DNA of 62,996 nucleotides, the filler included. It is 11 parts of 11 records of this genome, joined end to end, with 100 filler letters (N's around TTAATTAATTAA, not from the genome) between each part and the next. Parts side by side here need not be neighbours in the genome. Positions count along the whole stretch, not along the records: positions 43,551 to 48,088 come from SRR7504441_13580; positions 48,189 to 52,045 come from SRR7504441_13585; positions 52,146 to 59,282 come from SRR7504441_13588; 8 more parts are not named here. One strand, 5' to 3'. The position numbers and the translations under genes are program-made. This document shows, in pieces, positions 45,454 to 56,958 of this stretch (the stretch's first letter is position 1; every line of letters begins with the position of its first letter). Below the pieces are notes generated by a model that was given only the letters and a program-made list of their open reading frames with translations, made no database searches and was not told the origin of the DNA.

Positions 45454-45823
45454 GCGAGCAAAACTGAGGCCGAACCCTCGAACCCTTTGGATCTAAAAAC
45501 ATCAGGTGATTAGGTACATTAGTCAGTTTATCAGTTCAATTTGATCAGTCGATGTAAAAAACAGAGCATTAAACGTTAACAACTTACAAGTGGACCTATT
45601 AATCTAGACAGCGCTACCTGTACCGGACCTATACGTACGTCGGTACTCGTCCGTAGCAATCAGTGATCACTCCGTAATGCTCCGTCATGCCTGAGTGCCT
45701 GACGGGCTGCGGCATGAATCCCGTGGATGATTTGGTGGTGCCTCATCTCATCACACGTTTTTCGACAAGGCTGAGGCTGTGTGTGAGGGGCGCCGCGACG
45801 AAGAGGAGCTCGCCACCACAGCG

Positions 45824-48088
45824 ATGGAGGGCGAAGGGGCAGCAGCCGAGCAGGGGTGCGAGCCTTCTGCAGCCTCGTCCTGCCCGGGTCCGCTCGCGCT
45901 CACCACCCGCGGTGTGTGCCCCCCTCTGCGCGCGCTCGCTGCGAGATTGAACCCCCGCCCTCCCGCTCAACCTGTGACGGCAACGGTCGCAGGCGCGACC
46001 AAGCGCAAGAACCCCGAGCAAGCCTCGCCCAGCCAGCCCGACCGAGCGGCCCACAAGCGCCTTCGTCGCGGACCGAGTGGCGGCGCACCGCACATCGTAG
46101 TGTCGGTGGCGGAGCGCGAGTTGAGTGCGGAGGGCCACCGGAAGTTCCGCAGGACCCAGGCGGCGGTCAAGTTCCGCAACATGCGGCCACAGGTGACTGC
46201 GGCTTGTACCTAGTACCTGACAAATCTCTGGCTGAGAATGGCCCTGGGACGAATCATTGTGGCTGAGAATGCTCGGTTCGGCAGGCCGAGGTTGACACCT
46301 TCGACCCGCGCGGGAGCATGAGCCGGTCGGTTGCCGTTGGTTTGCAGTTGCGCTTAGGCTTTCGTGGTTCAGGTACCGGGCCAAGAGGTCCAAGATCGTC
46401 GAGATCGTCTCTGCGCAGGTTCAGTACACTTGTGGCCTGAGAGTTTGACGGCCCTGGCTTTTTGCGCAGGACTATATCTTCGCGCTGACCCACACCGGGG
46501 TGTGCGCCTGCTTCCACCGCCGGACCACCCAGCGCATGTAATTTTTGGCCTAGTAGCTTTGCCAGTAGGGTACTTGGGTGGTCAAATCTGAGCGTCGGCT
46601 TCAGATGCTTTCTAAACACAAGTCCAGATGAAGTGATTCGATCTCTCTTCTACAACAAGGAGAACGGCTGCCTGATCCTTGTCTCCGTGTACCGGTGAGC
46701 GTCAATCTATGGCCTGCGAGCGCCCGTGCCTCGGGATCTGTGGGCTGACGAGCGCCCGGTGGCAGCGTGGACAACTTCTCTTCTCTCAACTGCCGATCCT
46801 GCCCCCTCGAGTGCGTAGTAGTGGACGCAGCGGGGGCTGACTGGAGTGGTGACGGCAGGGACTGCAGAAACGGCGAGGTGGAGAATGGCGCGTGTATATT
46901 CCAGGGCGAATCACTGAAGTGGCCAGGTCTGTCACACTTAACCACCTTGTGTGGCTGAGAGCGGCTAATAGTCGGTAGCTGAGAGCGCTATGCGTGTCAG
47001 GGTTTGTTGAATTCGATGACGTGAATAGCAAAGTGCTCACCTACTCGGCCCAGAACAGGTGCCTGCCTCCTCACGAGATCTAGCTCTGATTGTGTTTGAT
47101 TGCAGTGTTTACAAGATCTGGGGGCTAAAGGAGTATAACCTGCTGTATAGTATCAACTCTGCTGAGATATCCGAGATCAAAATCAGGTGAGCGCCGGTCT
47201 CGAATTTCAGTTTGAATTCTGGTCGCAGCCCGGGAATCATGCTCCTTGTGATGGAGCATGGATCTTCAGACTCACAAGTAACCCAATTATTCAATTCAGC
47301 TCGACCCCCGGGCTTTAACGACCTGAGCTCACTCCTATAATCTGTGGTCTGAGAGCTGCTGGGGTGCCAGGTGCGTCTGAAAATTCTTGACATCGAGACT
47401 GGAGCAGTGAGCTTTCAGCAGCCACTTGTGGCTGAGAGGTGGACAGGTGAAGCAAGAATTTAGCCAAAAGCTGGTGAGCATCAACCTGTGGCTGTGTGCC
47501 GCCGAATTTGGCTAATCTTGGTCGAGAGCAGGCCGCGTCGCTGATTCTGTGTCTAAGAACACTCGGTGTAGGTGCCGGACAAGAAAATCGATTTTATCGA
47601 GCAATTCAACGAAAAGTTGCTGGTGAAACAGAAAGAAGAGTTCCTGAAGATCCTGGATGTGACTTTTGCTCCGTTTGTCTGATTGTGAGCTGCGTGCACC
47701 AGGTAAAAGACGGCACTGTCACAGAGGTTACGGACTTCAAGACACCAAACGCGTTTATTTTCTTATATGAAAACCAGCTGTTTCTGACCTTCTGTCAAAA
47801 CTCCGTGGCGGTTGGCATTCAATTTGATTTGATTGAATTAGGCTGTCAGGTGTGGAATTTTAAGGGGAATCTGATCACAAAGTCAGTTGGGATCGAAAGC
47901 TTAACAATGATTTTCGGCTTGCAGGTTTGAGGATCATAAGATCTGGAATCCGGAAGCAACCAGCAACTGCATCGTAGGCACGCATTTCGCATGATCCGAG
48001 TTGACAGTTACTGTAGGCAACACCAACAATATTTACATTACCAGTCAGCAAGACATGATTGTCTCTTACTGCAAAAGCCAATCCGACA
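45824..48088 (+). CDS. Conserved uncharacterised plant/protist beta-rich (WD40-like) protein, about 15 introns, 3' truncated
   Basis: Spliced peptide RSKIVEIV..CFLN.SPDEVIRSLFYNK..DNFSSL..ESLKWPGFVEFDDVN.KVLTYSAQ..EIKISPGIMLL..DFIEQFNEKLLVKQ..TPNAFIFLYENQLFLTF..CNTNNIYIT, recalled as a conserved family in land plants. Confidence 0.8.
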
Positions 48089-48188
48089 NNNNNNNNNNNN
48101 NNNNNNNNNNNNNNNNNNNNNNNNNNNNNNNNTTAATTAATTAANNNNNNNNNNNNNNNNNNNNNNNNNNNNNNNNNNNNNNNNNNNN

Positions 48189-49664
48189 TCTGCCTTCTCA
48201 CGCTCCTCTTGCTCGATTTCGGAGTCATCCATCTGCAGGAGCACAGCTGGCTTCTTGGCCTTGGCTGTGGCAGTTCCAGCCTTTGAACTCGAGCCTTTGA
48301 AGTTGAGAGGCTTGAACTTCATCGTCCCAAAGCTCTTGGGTTTCTCTTCTACTTTTGGCTCTGGCTGCGCGGCTGGTGCACCGTTGCCAGCCGCATCGCT
48401 GGGCTCAGCTGGGTCGTACGAGCTTTCCGCAGTCCCCAGCGCCTGCATCAAGTTGAAATCCGCCTCGGGAGGTGGAGGATCCTTGGGTGGCCCGCCCCCG
48501 GCCTCCTCGCTAGGCTCACTCGGATCGTACACCGCCTCAGGAGGCGGCGGACCTTCCGGTGCAGCTGGTGGCGCGCCGGGCTCGTCAAACGCAAACGGCT
48601 TGGCATCAAACAGCTGGTGGTACTCGCTGGCCTGTTCGGGCTGCTCGATCTCGACCGGCCCATCTGGTCTGGTTGGGCGGGCCGACTCGGCGGGCGGCTG
48701 GTCGTCAGGGTCGTGCACGAGCGCCCGAAGGTGCTCCTCGCCCATCTCGTCCAGCAGCTGCACCAGCTGCGCGCTGTTGGCCTGGTCGTTCCCCCTGCGG
48801 AACTCGAGCAGCTCGACCTGGTGGCAGCGCGGCTGGAGCTTATTGTCCAGGTGCGCCACTCGCAGGAGCGCCGCGCCCAGCCCATGCCGCCCAGCCGCAT
48901 CGATCAGCTTCTTGGCGCCAAACCCGAGCCGTGACGGCCCGCGAGCCAGGTACCCCACCACGAACACCCCCTTGTTGTTCAGGCTCTGGGCCGCGGTCGC
49001 GAATAGCGCGTCTATCCCAGCCGAGTCCACGTGAGCCACTTCACAGGCAAGCACCAGATCGAATTTACGGTTGTTAGCTGGGTCCTGGCTGCCCCATTGG
49101 AGCTGCTCGCAGCTGACCGCGCTCTCCAGGTGGTTGAGCGCAATGCTCCGCCGGGTGAGACTCACCGCAGCCGGGCTCCCGTCCGAGACAACGGTCGCCC
49201 GGGCGCCGAGCGCCGCGGCGGCCAGCCCGACCACCCCGCAGCCGGCTCCGAGCTCGAGCACCGAGAGCCGGGGCAGCTCGGCCTCCTTGGTCCCGAGCCA
49301 CTCGGCCAGCAGGAACGAGGCCGGCCACAAGGTGAGCCCTGGCCCCCGCGCTTAGCCGCCCGCCGCCGGGCCATCCGGCACCGGTGAAGTCGGTGTGGCC
49401 CTGGGTGGCCCCGCCGAGCGTGTCGCCCCGCTCTGCGGCCAGTTGGGCGTCGACGCAGTGTAGCACCGTGAAGCCGGGGCCGTCAGGCCGGGTCTCGAGC
49501 ACGGTACAGGCCAAATGCTCCTCCGGCGGTTGGCACCGAGCCGAGCAGAGCAGCCGGGTCTTGCACCCCGGCAGATAGGCCACCGGGTCCAGCGTGCGGC
49601 TGTCCGCCGCGGTCGCTCCGCAGCGCTGGACCTCGACGAGCGCATCCCGGGACAGGCCAGTCAT
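48189..49664 (-). CDS. METTL21/family-16 lysine methyltransferase with acidic Pro-rich tail, 3' truncated
   Basis: DFTG|LTLWPAS..LAEWL, VLELGAGCG, VVSDG, LQWG, DLVLACEV. Confidence 0.85.
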
Positions 49665-49763
49665 TGATTGCCCCGGCCCCGCGACCGGGCTCGAGAAGAA
49701 CTCGCAAGAAAAAAAAAATCCTGCATGGTGTGATGGCCATGAGATAGAGATGCTGAGGAGAGC

Positions 49764-50611
49764 ATGAGGCAGCACTTGCTCTGGCTCTGGCTGCTCCGGG
49801 CGCTGGTGGCCGGGATGGGGAACAGGGGGGTGATGGAGCTCGGCGAGGACATGCATCAGTTCCGGACCGCGCTGGCCGACGAGCGCCAGGCCCAAGCCCG
49901 GCGCGAGCAGCGGACGGTCCGACTGCTCGAGCGCGAGCACAGCTGGGCTCACAAGCGCCTAGAGCGTCGTGACTACCTCAGGCGCAAGGCAGCTGACCGC
50001 GCCACGCGTAAAGCCAAGGAAGCGGTGCAAAAGGCTGACGCCGACGGGGATGCTGCTGTGGAGGCTGAGACCCTGCTGGGCAACGCGCCGTTGCCGCAGC
50101 CCCGGATCCAGCGCGAGGAGCGAAGGATCCGCGCCAAGATAGTTGGAATCAGAGTGAAACTGAAGAAGCTGGATGCCCGCTTCTTGAAACTCGGGGACCT
50201 TTCTCCGGCATGTAGCAAAAACTTAAAAAGCTGCGAGGCACAGTGTCCGCCGATCGCCATGCTTTCTGTCCAGACAGGTGCCGCCTGGATTCGTTTGCAG
50301 GGTTGTGACACTTGTGGCAGATAACCAATGCACGCTGAAATGTAAATCAGTGATGGCGGACTGCATAGCGAGCTTCGTCTCTGACGTCTACAAGGACGTT
50401 GCCGGTATCCCTTGCCTGTAGTACCATGGTCGTGCAGCAGCAGGCGCTGACGATTGTCGGCTTGCAGCTACGGCATCTGCTGTGAAGACAGCGGTGACTA
50501 AGCGGCATGCCATGCTCGCAAGGAAGCGAGCACAGGAGGCCGCCGCGGGAGTAGACGAGGTCGGGGACACTCGCACCTTCAAGCTAGGCCATGATCCAAT
50601 CACCGCCGTTT
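49764..50611 (+). CDS. Hypothetical secreted coiled-coil protein (spliced; end uncertain)
   Basis: Signal-peptide-like start, charged coiled coil, Cys-rich segment. Confidence 0.35.
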
Positions 50612-50869
50612 AGATCGCATGTTAATTTAGATCAATCTGTTGCTCTTGAAATCTTGACGGCCAAACTGCAATACATTTATAGGACATGCCACCATGCTTG
50701 ATCTCGGGCTTTGTATTGTATAGATGCGTAATATGCAAGTTGATAAGGTACTCCGCAAGCTTGCCTCCACGTGTGCATGGTACACCTGATCTGAAGACCC
50801 GCGTTGCTTTCAACGGTCCTGACGTCCAGCGCTGACGGGCCACTGGGCGGAGCGCAGCTCACAGAGAAC

Positions 50870-51931
50870 ATGTCCGAGGCTACGGCGGACGCCTCTGATG
50901 GTGAGCTAACCGACGGATCTACCTCGTCGATCCCGGAAGAACTGGCGGCGCGAGCCAGCGCTGCGAGTAAACCCGCCATCAAGAGGTGGCCCCGCTGCTC
51001 GCGCCAGGGCGAGTTTTGGCCAGGGAGCATGCTCGGCCACTGCACGAGCACCTGCAGGCCAGTTCGGCGGCACCTGCGTCGGATGAAAGCTCCCGCGGCA
51101 TGAACGAGCGCCCGCCCGGCGTGATGCCCGGCGTGATGCCCGGCGTGATGCCGGGCGCGCCGGCATCCGGTGACGGAGCGTGGCCTGTGAGTGCGCCGTC
51201 CGGGCAGCCGGCGGCTGGGATGTCAGCCGGAATGTCGGTCTGGCAGGTGGCTCCCACGTTTGCCCGGCGGGCCGCTTCTCACGCGTGTGTCGACAGGTGC
51301 CGGTCCAGTCGCAGCAGATGGTCGCCATCGACGCCCCGGACAAGAACGGAGGAGACAAGACGAAGCGCGACCGGCGGGTGGAGAAGCGGTGCTATCGGCA
51401 GCGCAAGTCCCAGTACTTCCACGAGCTCATCCGGCGGGTGGACGAGCTCGAGCAGATGAACCACAATTTATTCTCACTCAGGGCGGAGCTGGTGCAGATG
51501 AGACACCAGAGGGTGTGTAACCGCGCGCTGCAACCGGGGCGAGGCGTGAGGGGCAGGCGAGTTGCCAGCACTACGGGGCGCCCGGCTCTCTGGAAGGTGT
51601 GATCAAAATCGCGTCTGACATGGTCACTGCGAACGAAGCTCCACCGCTCGAGGAACCCCAGACGTCAGCAGGGACGCCGGGACCCCCAATGGGCATGCCC
51701 GTGCCTGGGAGCGGCGTGCTCAAGGCCACGTGGCACGAGTACGTCCCGCAGAACAAGACTAGGAAGACACAGCTGAACGACAATGAACAGTATCATGTCT
51801 TGAAAAAGGAGACCTCGCTGTTACAGCCTGGGCCGGCACTGGCATCAGACCAGGAGGCGTTCCAGCGCATGATGCCGCTGATGGACTGCTTAACCCAAGC
51901 AGCCAATGCTCCAAGTGCGCCCGAAAGATAG
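50870..51931 (+). CDS. bZIP-like protein (spliced)
   Basis: Basic region plus heptads KTKRDRRVEKRCYRQRKSQYFHELIRRVDELEQMNHNLFSLRAEL. Confidence 0.5.
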
Positions 51932-52145
51932 GTGCGACACCATGAGATTGTGAGATAGCTTGGAGCGCCGATCCTATATAGTAGACCACTACCACCCGTA
52001 CCACCGGAGGCATTTAGTGCAGCAGTTGGGGGGGGGGGGGGGGAGNNNNNNNNNNNNNNNNNNNNNNNNNNNNNNNNNNNNNNNNNNNNTTAATTAATTA
52101 ANNNNNNNNNNNNNNNNNNNNNNNNNNNNNNNNNNNNNNNNNNNN

Positions 52146-52855
52146 GCCACAGCTGTGTTGATCACGAAGATGGCGTCTTTGCCGCCGGCCCAGCCAGCTG
52201 AGCCCGGCCCGGAGTCTTGCCCGATGTACGACTGGAGCAGCTTGAACAAAAGCTCAAGCCCGAGGTAAAGCCCAGCGAACCAGCCGGCCAGCCGGGCGCC
52301 GGCACTGGCAGCCTGCTGCTCGGCGTCCTCCGACAACGGGCCGGCGGTCAGCGCGATCAGCGCGACGTTCTTGCCAAAGTAGTCGAACTGGGCGGTCCAC
52401 AGGAAGCCGGCCGCCAGCCCGCCCAGGCAGCCACCAACGCAGGCGGCCGGCTTGGCCAGGTGCGGCACCCGGTCGGCCAGGATGAAGCTGGCGTCGTACA
52501 GCACGTACATGGCCAGCCCGGACAGCAAAGCCTTCTTGGAACCCAGCACGTGCAGAATCGGCCGAGCGGCCACGAGGGCCGTGAGCGTGTAGCACGCGTA
52601 GAGCAGCGCGGTCTGCAGGTTGCCAATCTCCGGGTCCAGGTTGGTGGTTGCTAGCCCAATCAGTGCGGTAACAGTGGCGTGGTTGGTTGCGAACGCGGCG
52701 GCCATGAGCAGGAAGTTGCGGTGCAGCTGGCGCGAGCTCAGCCCGCACGGACACGCCCGGCCCAGGTCGAGCCCGGGGGCGATGCCAGCTGCCCCCGGCG
52801 TCCCGCACGACAGCGGCGAGGTTGTGGTCCGCCGCCTGCTCAGGGCGGAAGCCAT
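52146..52855 (-). CDS. UNC-93-like MFS membrane protein, 3' truncated
   Basis: TM helices; LG.KK.LL.G; GLAAGFLWTAQ.DY resembles the UNC93 motif. Confidence 0.7.
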
Positions 52856-52899
52856 CCGGCTGCCGTGCAGTGCGCCCGTTGTCGCGGCTCGCATAAAAC

Positions 52900-53594
52900 A
52901 TGGTGTGGCCTCGATTGAGAGCTCCGGGCTGACCGCCCGGCAGGCGATGCCCAAGCGGATCACCAAAGAGACGGCTCGGCTAATGCAAGATCCACGTAAG
53001 CATTCCGCCCGGCCGCAGAGCCCTCGGCCTGAACTCCCCGCTGGGCAGCCCCCGGTGTGAGCGCGACGCCCTTCGAGGATAACCTGCGCTACTTCAACGT
53101 GATCATCGCCGGTCCGCAAGAGTCACCCTACCAGGGTGCCTTGCCCGAGCCGTCCCCGACCGGTCGGCTGACACAGCCGGGCTCAGGCGGCATCTTCCAA
53201 CTGGAGCTCTTCTTGCCGGCCGACTACCCGATGGTCCCGCCCAAGGTGCGCTTCCTGACCAAAATCTACCACCCGAACATCGACAAACTGGGGCGGATCT
53301 GCCTGGACATCCTGAAGGATAAGTGGAGCCCCGCCCTGCAGATCCGCACCGTCCTCCTTAGCATCCAGGTCTCTGCTCGGATGGGCGCCGGCCGAGCCGT
53401 GTGCTGGCTGCAGGCGCTCATGAGCGGACCCAACCCGGACGATCCTCTGGCGAACGACGTGGCTGAGCACTGGAAACAGGACGAGTTGGGTGCGATTCAA
53501 AGAGGTGACTCGCTATCAGCCGGGAGCCGGGTTGCCTTATACCTGGTGTTGTGCAGCGAGGGAGTGGACAGATAGGCATGCCAAAGGTAAATGA
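52900..53594 (+). CDS. UBC13: Ubiquitin-conjugating enzyme E2 N (Ubc13), 5 introns, first coding exon is ATG only
   Basis: [96 protein letters not shown]. Confidence 0.95.
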
Positions 53595-53928
53595 AAAATG
53601 AGAGCTCCTAGCTGGGCAAAACCCAGAAATACTTAACACAGAAAATTAAAAATGAATCGATTCTAGACTGTATTGGTGATGTGGCAATGAGCATAACTGA
53701 CTGTTGGGATTCGGTGATTTGGATCACGAAATTCATGATTGAGTGAAACAGTATTGAACAATTTTCCATGTTGCCAATTGAATATGCAACCGAAGCGTCA
53801 AACCTAATACATAGTGTGGCATTTCTGGCTGCCATCGTGATTTACTAGCTGCTTAAATGGCTTTTAATATGTTTTACATACGTATTCTTAGAATTACAAC
53901 GAAGAATTCTTAATTAAGCCCCACACAA

Positions 53929-55008
53929 TCAGTCGTCCTTTTGCCTGACCACAGGCTCGGGAACGAGCGGCCGCTCCGGGTGTGCAATTACCACGGCACT
54001 GTCCTCGACCGGCTCGGCCTTGGAAAGGCTTGAGCTGAGCAGTGGCTCCGAGTTTGAGAGGTCAGCCTGTTCTCTCATTAGCTCGACTCTGAATCGAGCC
54101 ATCAGCACCACCCCAAGCACCGCAATGCTCGCCCCGATGCAGAAGATGACCGCCTGTTTGGTGTCGAAGTGGTTATAGTCGTGGAAGCAGAGCAGCCCTC
54201 CGGAGACTGCTACAATCATCTCGGTGACTGCGAAGATTGACATGACAATGATCGCAGTGCAAGCTTCGAGGCCCTCTATGGTAAGCAGCATCTGCAGCAC
54301 AAAGGTGCCCAGCAGACTGAACCCTATCACGTAGAACAAAGGCGTGCTGAACAGCCCGCCCACCCCGTTGGCTTTGCTCTCACCAACTATCAGTGAGAAG
54401 AACATCTTGCAGATTGTGATATTGATCCCGCCCATTGTGCCGGGCAGGGTGCCCCAGGACATGTTGAGTACGGTCTGCTCCCAGGTGCTCAGTGAGTCCG
54501 GTTCCCGGTCGTTGAGCAGATAGGACTTGATGAACGCCACCAGGATGATAAAGCTCGAGGTGAGCACCGCGAAGGTAATCCAAGGGGCGCTCACGATAAG
54601 GTCCCAGAGCTCGACCGCCGTGTAGTTATCGCTGTCTTTCGGCGCCACCACCAGGCACATGGCCACCCCCGCGGTCACGAGCACACACGCTATGCCGTCG
54701 GTCCATATACTGAACGGTTCGTCGTTGAGCCAGTAGGCGAACACATAATTCCCCGCGAACAGAAAGAGACAGAGCGGGGCCAAGGTGGTCTGCGCGGTGA
54801 AGAAAAGCGCTATACTCATGAACACCCCCGCCAGGACCAGCACCACGAATCCTACCCGCCACATCCCCTGCTGGTGCGTCTCCAGCCGGTCCTCCACCGG
54901 CTTCTGCTCCTCCTTCTTGAAGCTCAGCCGCTGCAGATTGGCCCCCAGGCTCTGACCCACCGCCCCAACCACATATATGGCCACCCCGACCAGCCAGATG
55001 TAGCTCAT
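53929..55008 (-). CDS. NIPA-family (DMT) Mg2+ transporter-like protein, intronless
   Basis: G.NLQR, W..GF, AQTTLAPL, WLNDE.F, about 9 TM helices, GGLLCFHDY. Confidence 0.8.
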   Translation of the reverse strand: MSYIWLVGVAIYVVGAVGQSLGANLQRLSFKKEEQKPVEDRLETHQQGMWRVGFVVLVLAGVFMSIALFFTAQTTLAPLCLFLFAGNYVFAYWLNDEPFSIWTDGIACVLVTAGVAMCLVVAPKDSDNYTAVELWDLIVSAPWITFAVLTSSFIILVAFIKSYLLNDREPDSLSTWEQTVLNMSWGTLPGTMGGINITICKMFFSLIVGESKANGVGGLFSTPLFYVIGFSLLGTFVLQMLLTIEGLEACTAIIVMSIFAVTEMIVAVSGGLLCFHDYNHFDTKQAVIFCIGASIAVLGVVLMARFRVELMREQADLSNSEPLLSSSLSKAEPVEDSAVVIAHPERPLVPEPVVRQKDD

Positions 55009-55100
55009 CTTCGGCTAAGAAGGCAGCCCATCGTCTCAAGTGACACTATCAGCGCACCACTCGAGCGCAGAAAAAAAAAAAGCCAGAGAGGCCCTTTCCC

Positions 55101-56075
55101 ATGGCGTCTGGGGAAGAGGGGGGGCTGGATGGGCTGGTCCCGCCCTGGCGGCCGGACGACGACCTGGAGGAGGTGGTCGAGAGCTTCCACGCGGCGGTGC
55201 TCGGCACAGGCGGCCAGCATTGGATCCGGGGCTGCTCGCTCCGTGCGGCGCTCCGCTGCTGCTGCTACCTGCGCCATCGACTCTTGGTCGCCCGCGACAA
55301 GTTCGTCATCACCCGCGGCCGGTGCCCGGCGATCGGCCCAGCCCCACCGACCACCCGGGCGGCAGGCTACCCGGACCGGACCTCGAGGCAGAGCTCCGCA
55401 CCAAGTACCGCGAGATCAAGCACGCTTGTCGCCGGTTTGCCGCCTCCACCATCCAAGCTCAGGCCCGCGGGATGCTCCTCCGGTGTCCCCCCTCCTCCCG
55501 TGCCCAACTCTGAGCCCCCCTCCCCCAGGCTGCGCGCCGATCCGAGCCTGCGCTCCACCGCCGAACAGCCGGACTTCCCCACCGAGCGGCCGGCCAGGCC
55601 GCAGCCGCTGGGGCCACTGCTCCGGGAACTCAAGGCTGAACGGGATCTGGCGGGCGACCAGCTCCCGGGCATGAGCTCGACCGCCGAGGAGCTTCAGCGC
55701 GAGAAGCGCCGGCTCAAGCTGCTGCTCAGGGGGTACAGTGAGAAGGTCGGCGCGGCGCCCATGGAGCTGGAAAGGGTCCGGCCGGCATTCGTGATGTACC
55801 ACACGCTGACCGGCCGGCTGCGGGAGCTGGACGGGGGCGGGGCGGGGGCCGAACTGCGGAAGGAGGCCGAGCGTGCGGGCAGGAGGCTGCAGGCGCTGTG
55901 CATGGAGGCGACTGAGCTGCAGGCGAGACTGCGGCAGTACGAGGAAGCGTTCGTGGCGCACAAGGGGCGCAGGATGCAGTGCAAAGCCGAGATAGCGCCG
56001 GTGGCCTCGGATTACGAGCGGTTCCAGCAGGTGAAAGCGCTGATAGCAGAGTTGGCCAACAAGAGTGCTGAATGA
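55101..56075 (+). CDS. FAM13A-like coiled-coil protein, probable IQ motif exon
   Basis: EKRRLK..LR.Y and LR.YEEAF..KGR..IAPV..DY.RF..VK resemble the FAM13 C-terminal repeats; IQAQARGMLLR in an adjacent frame implies introns. Confidence 0.55.
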   Translation: MASGEEGGLDGLVPPWRPDDDLEEVVESFHAAVLGTGGQHWIRGCSLRAALRCCCYLRHRLLVARDKFVITRGRCPAIGPAPPTTRAAGYPDRTSRQSSAPSTARSSTLVAGLPPPPSKLRPAGCSSGVPPPPVPNSEPPSPRLRADPSLRSTAEQPDFPTERPARPQPLGPLLRELKAERDLAGDQLPGMSSTAEELQREKRRLKLLLRGYSEKVGAAPMELERVRPAFVMYHTLTGRLRELDGGGAGAELRKEAERAGRRLQALCMEATELQARLRQYEEAFVAHKGRRMQCKAEIAPVASDYERFQQVKALIAELANKSAE

Positions 56076-56958
56076 GAGCAGTCAGTGCCACACGTGTACA
56101 TATCTTGGTGGCAGGGACTATTAGGCGGGGATTTAGCACGAGAGCGGTTTATGTGGTCCGATCCTCGGCTCAGTTGGAATCGAATTGGTGGGGATTCGGG
56201 GACCAGAGTGGGAGAGTAGTGTACATCCTCGGATGTAAGCACTTGTACAATTATTTTTACAATTCATACTTTACAGTTATAATACACAGCATAGGCTTGA
56301 TAACAGTTCTAGTACTCTGCACAATCAAAACGCTTGGGCCAGCTCTAATACCGAGGAGGACCCCACGGGCCACCCTGGCCACCCATCTCCTGCCAACATC
56401 AGCACCACTCACCGACTGCGCACCGGCAGCCACCCACCAGCGCGACTCGGTGCTTTGCCAGTGCCCTAGGATCGTACAGCCGCCGCCTGGCCTCTGCCGC
56501 CAGCTCTTCCGGCCGGTTCCGCTGACGCCCCACGCTCCGGTCACGGGGCACCGAGCTCGCCTCCGCTGCTGTGGCCGCCCAGTCTAGCCTAGGCCGGGTC
56601 TGGCCGTCTTTGAGCTTGAGCCGTGCGCGCTGCCTGCCCGCGGGACCGATCAGCGCGCTGCAGCCGGGGGGGGTTGGGCGCCTGGCCTCGAAGCGGATCG
56701 GGTCGTGCAGGTCGTGCGGCGGCTGGTCGTCCGGGCGGCGGTGGCCCACGCTGTCGTATCCAAACAGGAAGTCGGTCTTGATCGGCTGGGGCGCCGGGTC
56801 CGGGGTGATGATGTGCCCCACCCGCAACGGCACCAGCACCGGCGGAGGAAGCGGGACCAGCCCCGGCCTGCCCAGAGGGAGCATTAGCCCCCCAAAGACC
56901 GTTGGCGGTTGCGGGCTTGCGGCGCGGGCTGAACGGGCGCTAGCTCTGCTGCGGGCTC

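Noticed and set aside
51117-51155. 12-nt tandem repeat CCCGGCGTGATG x3
   Set aside because: Ordinary in-frame coding microrepeat (PGVM)3 in a disordered region
52028-52043. Poly-G run at contig end
   Set aside because: Low-complexity end, probably a sequencing artefact; not a telomeric repeat
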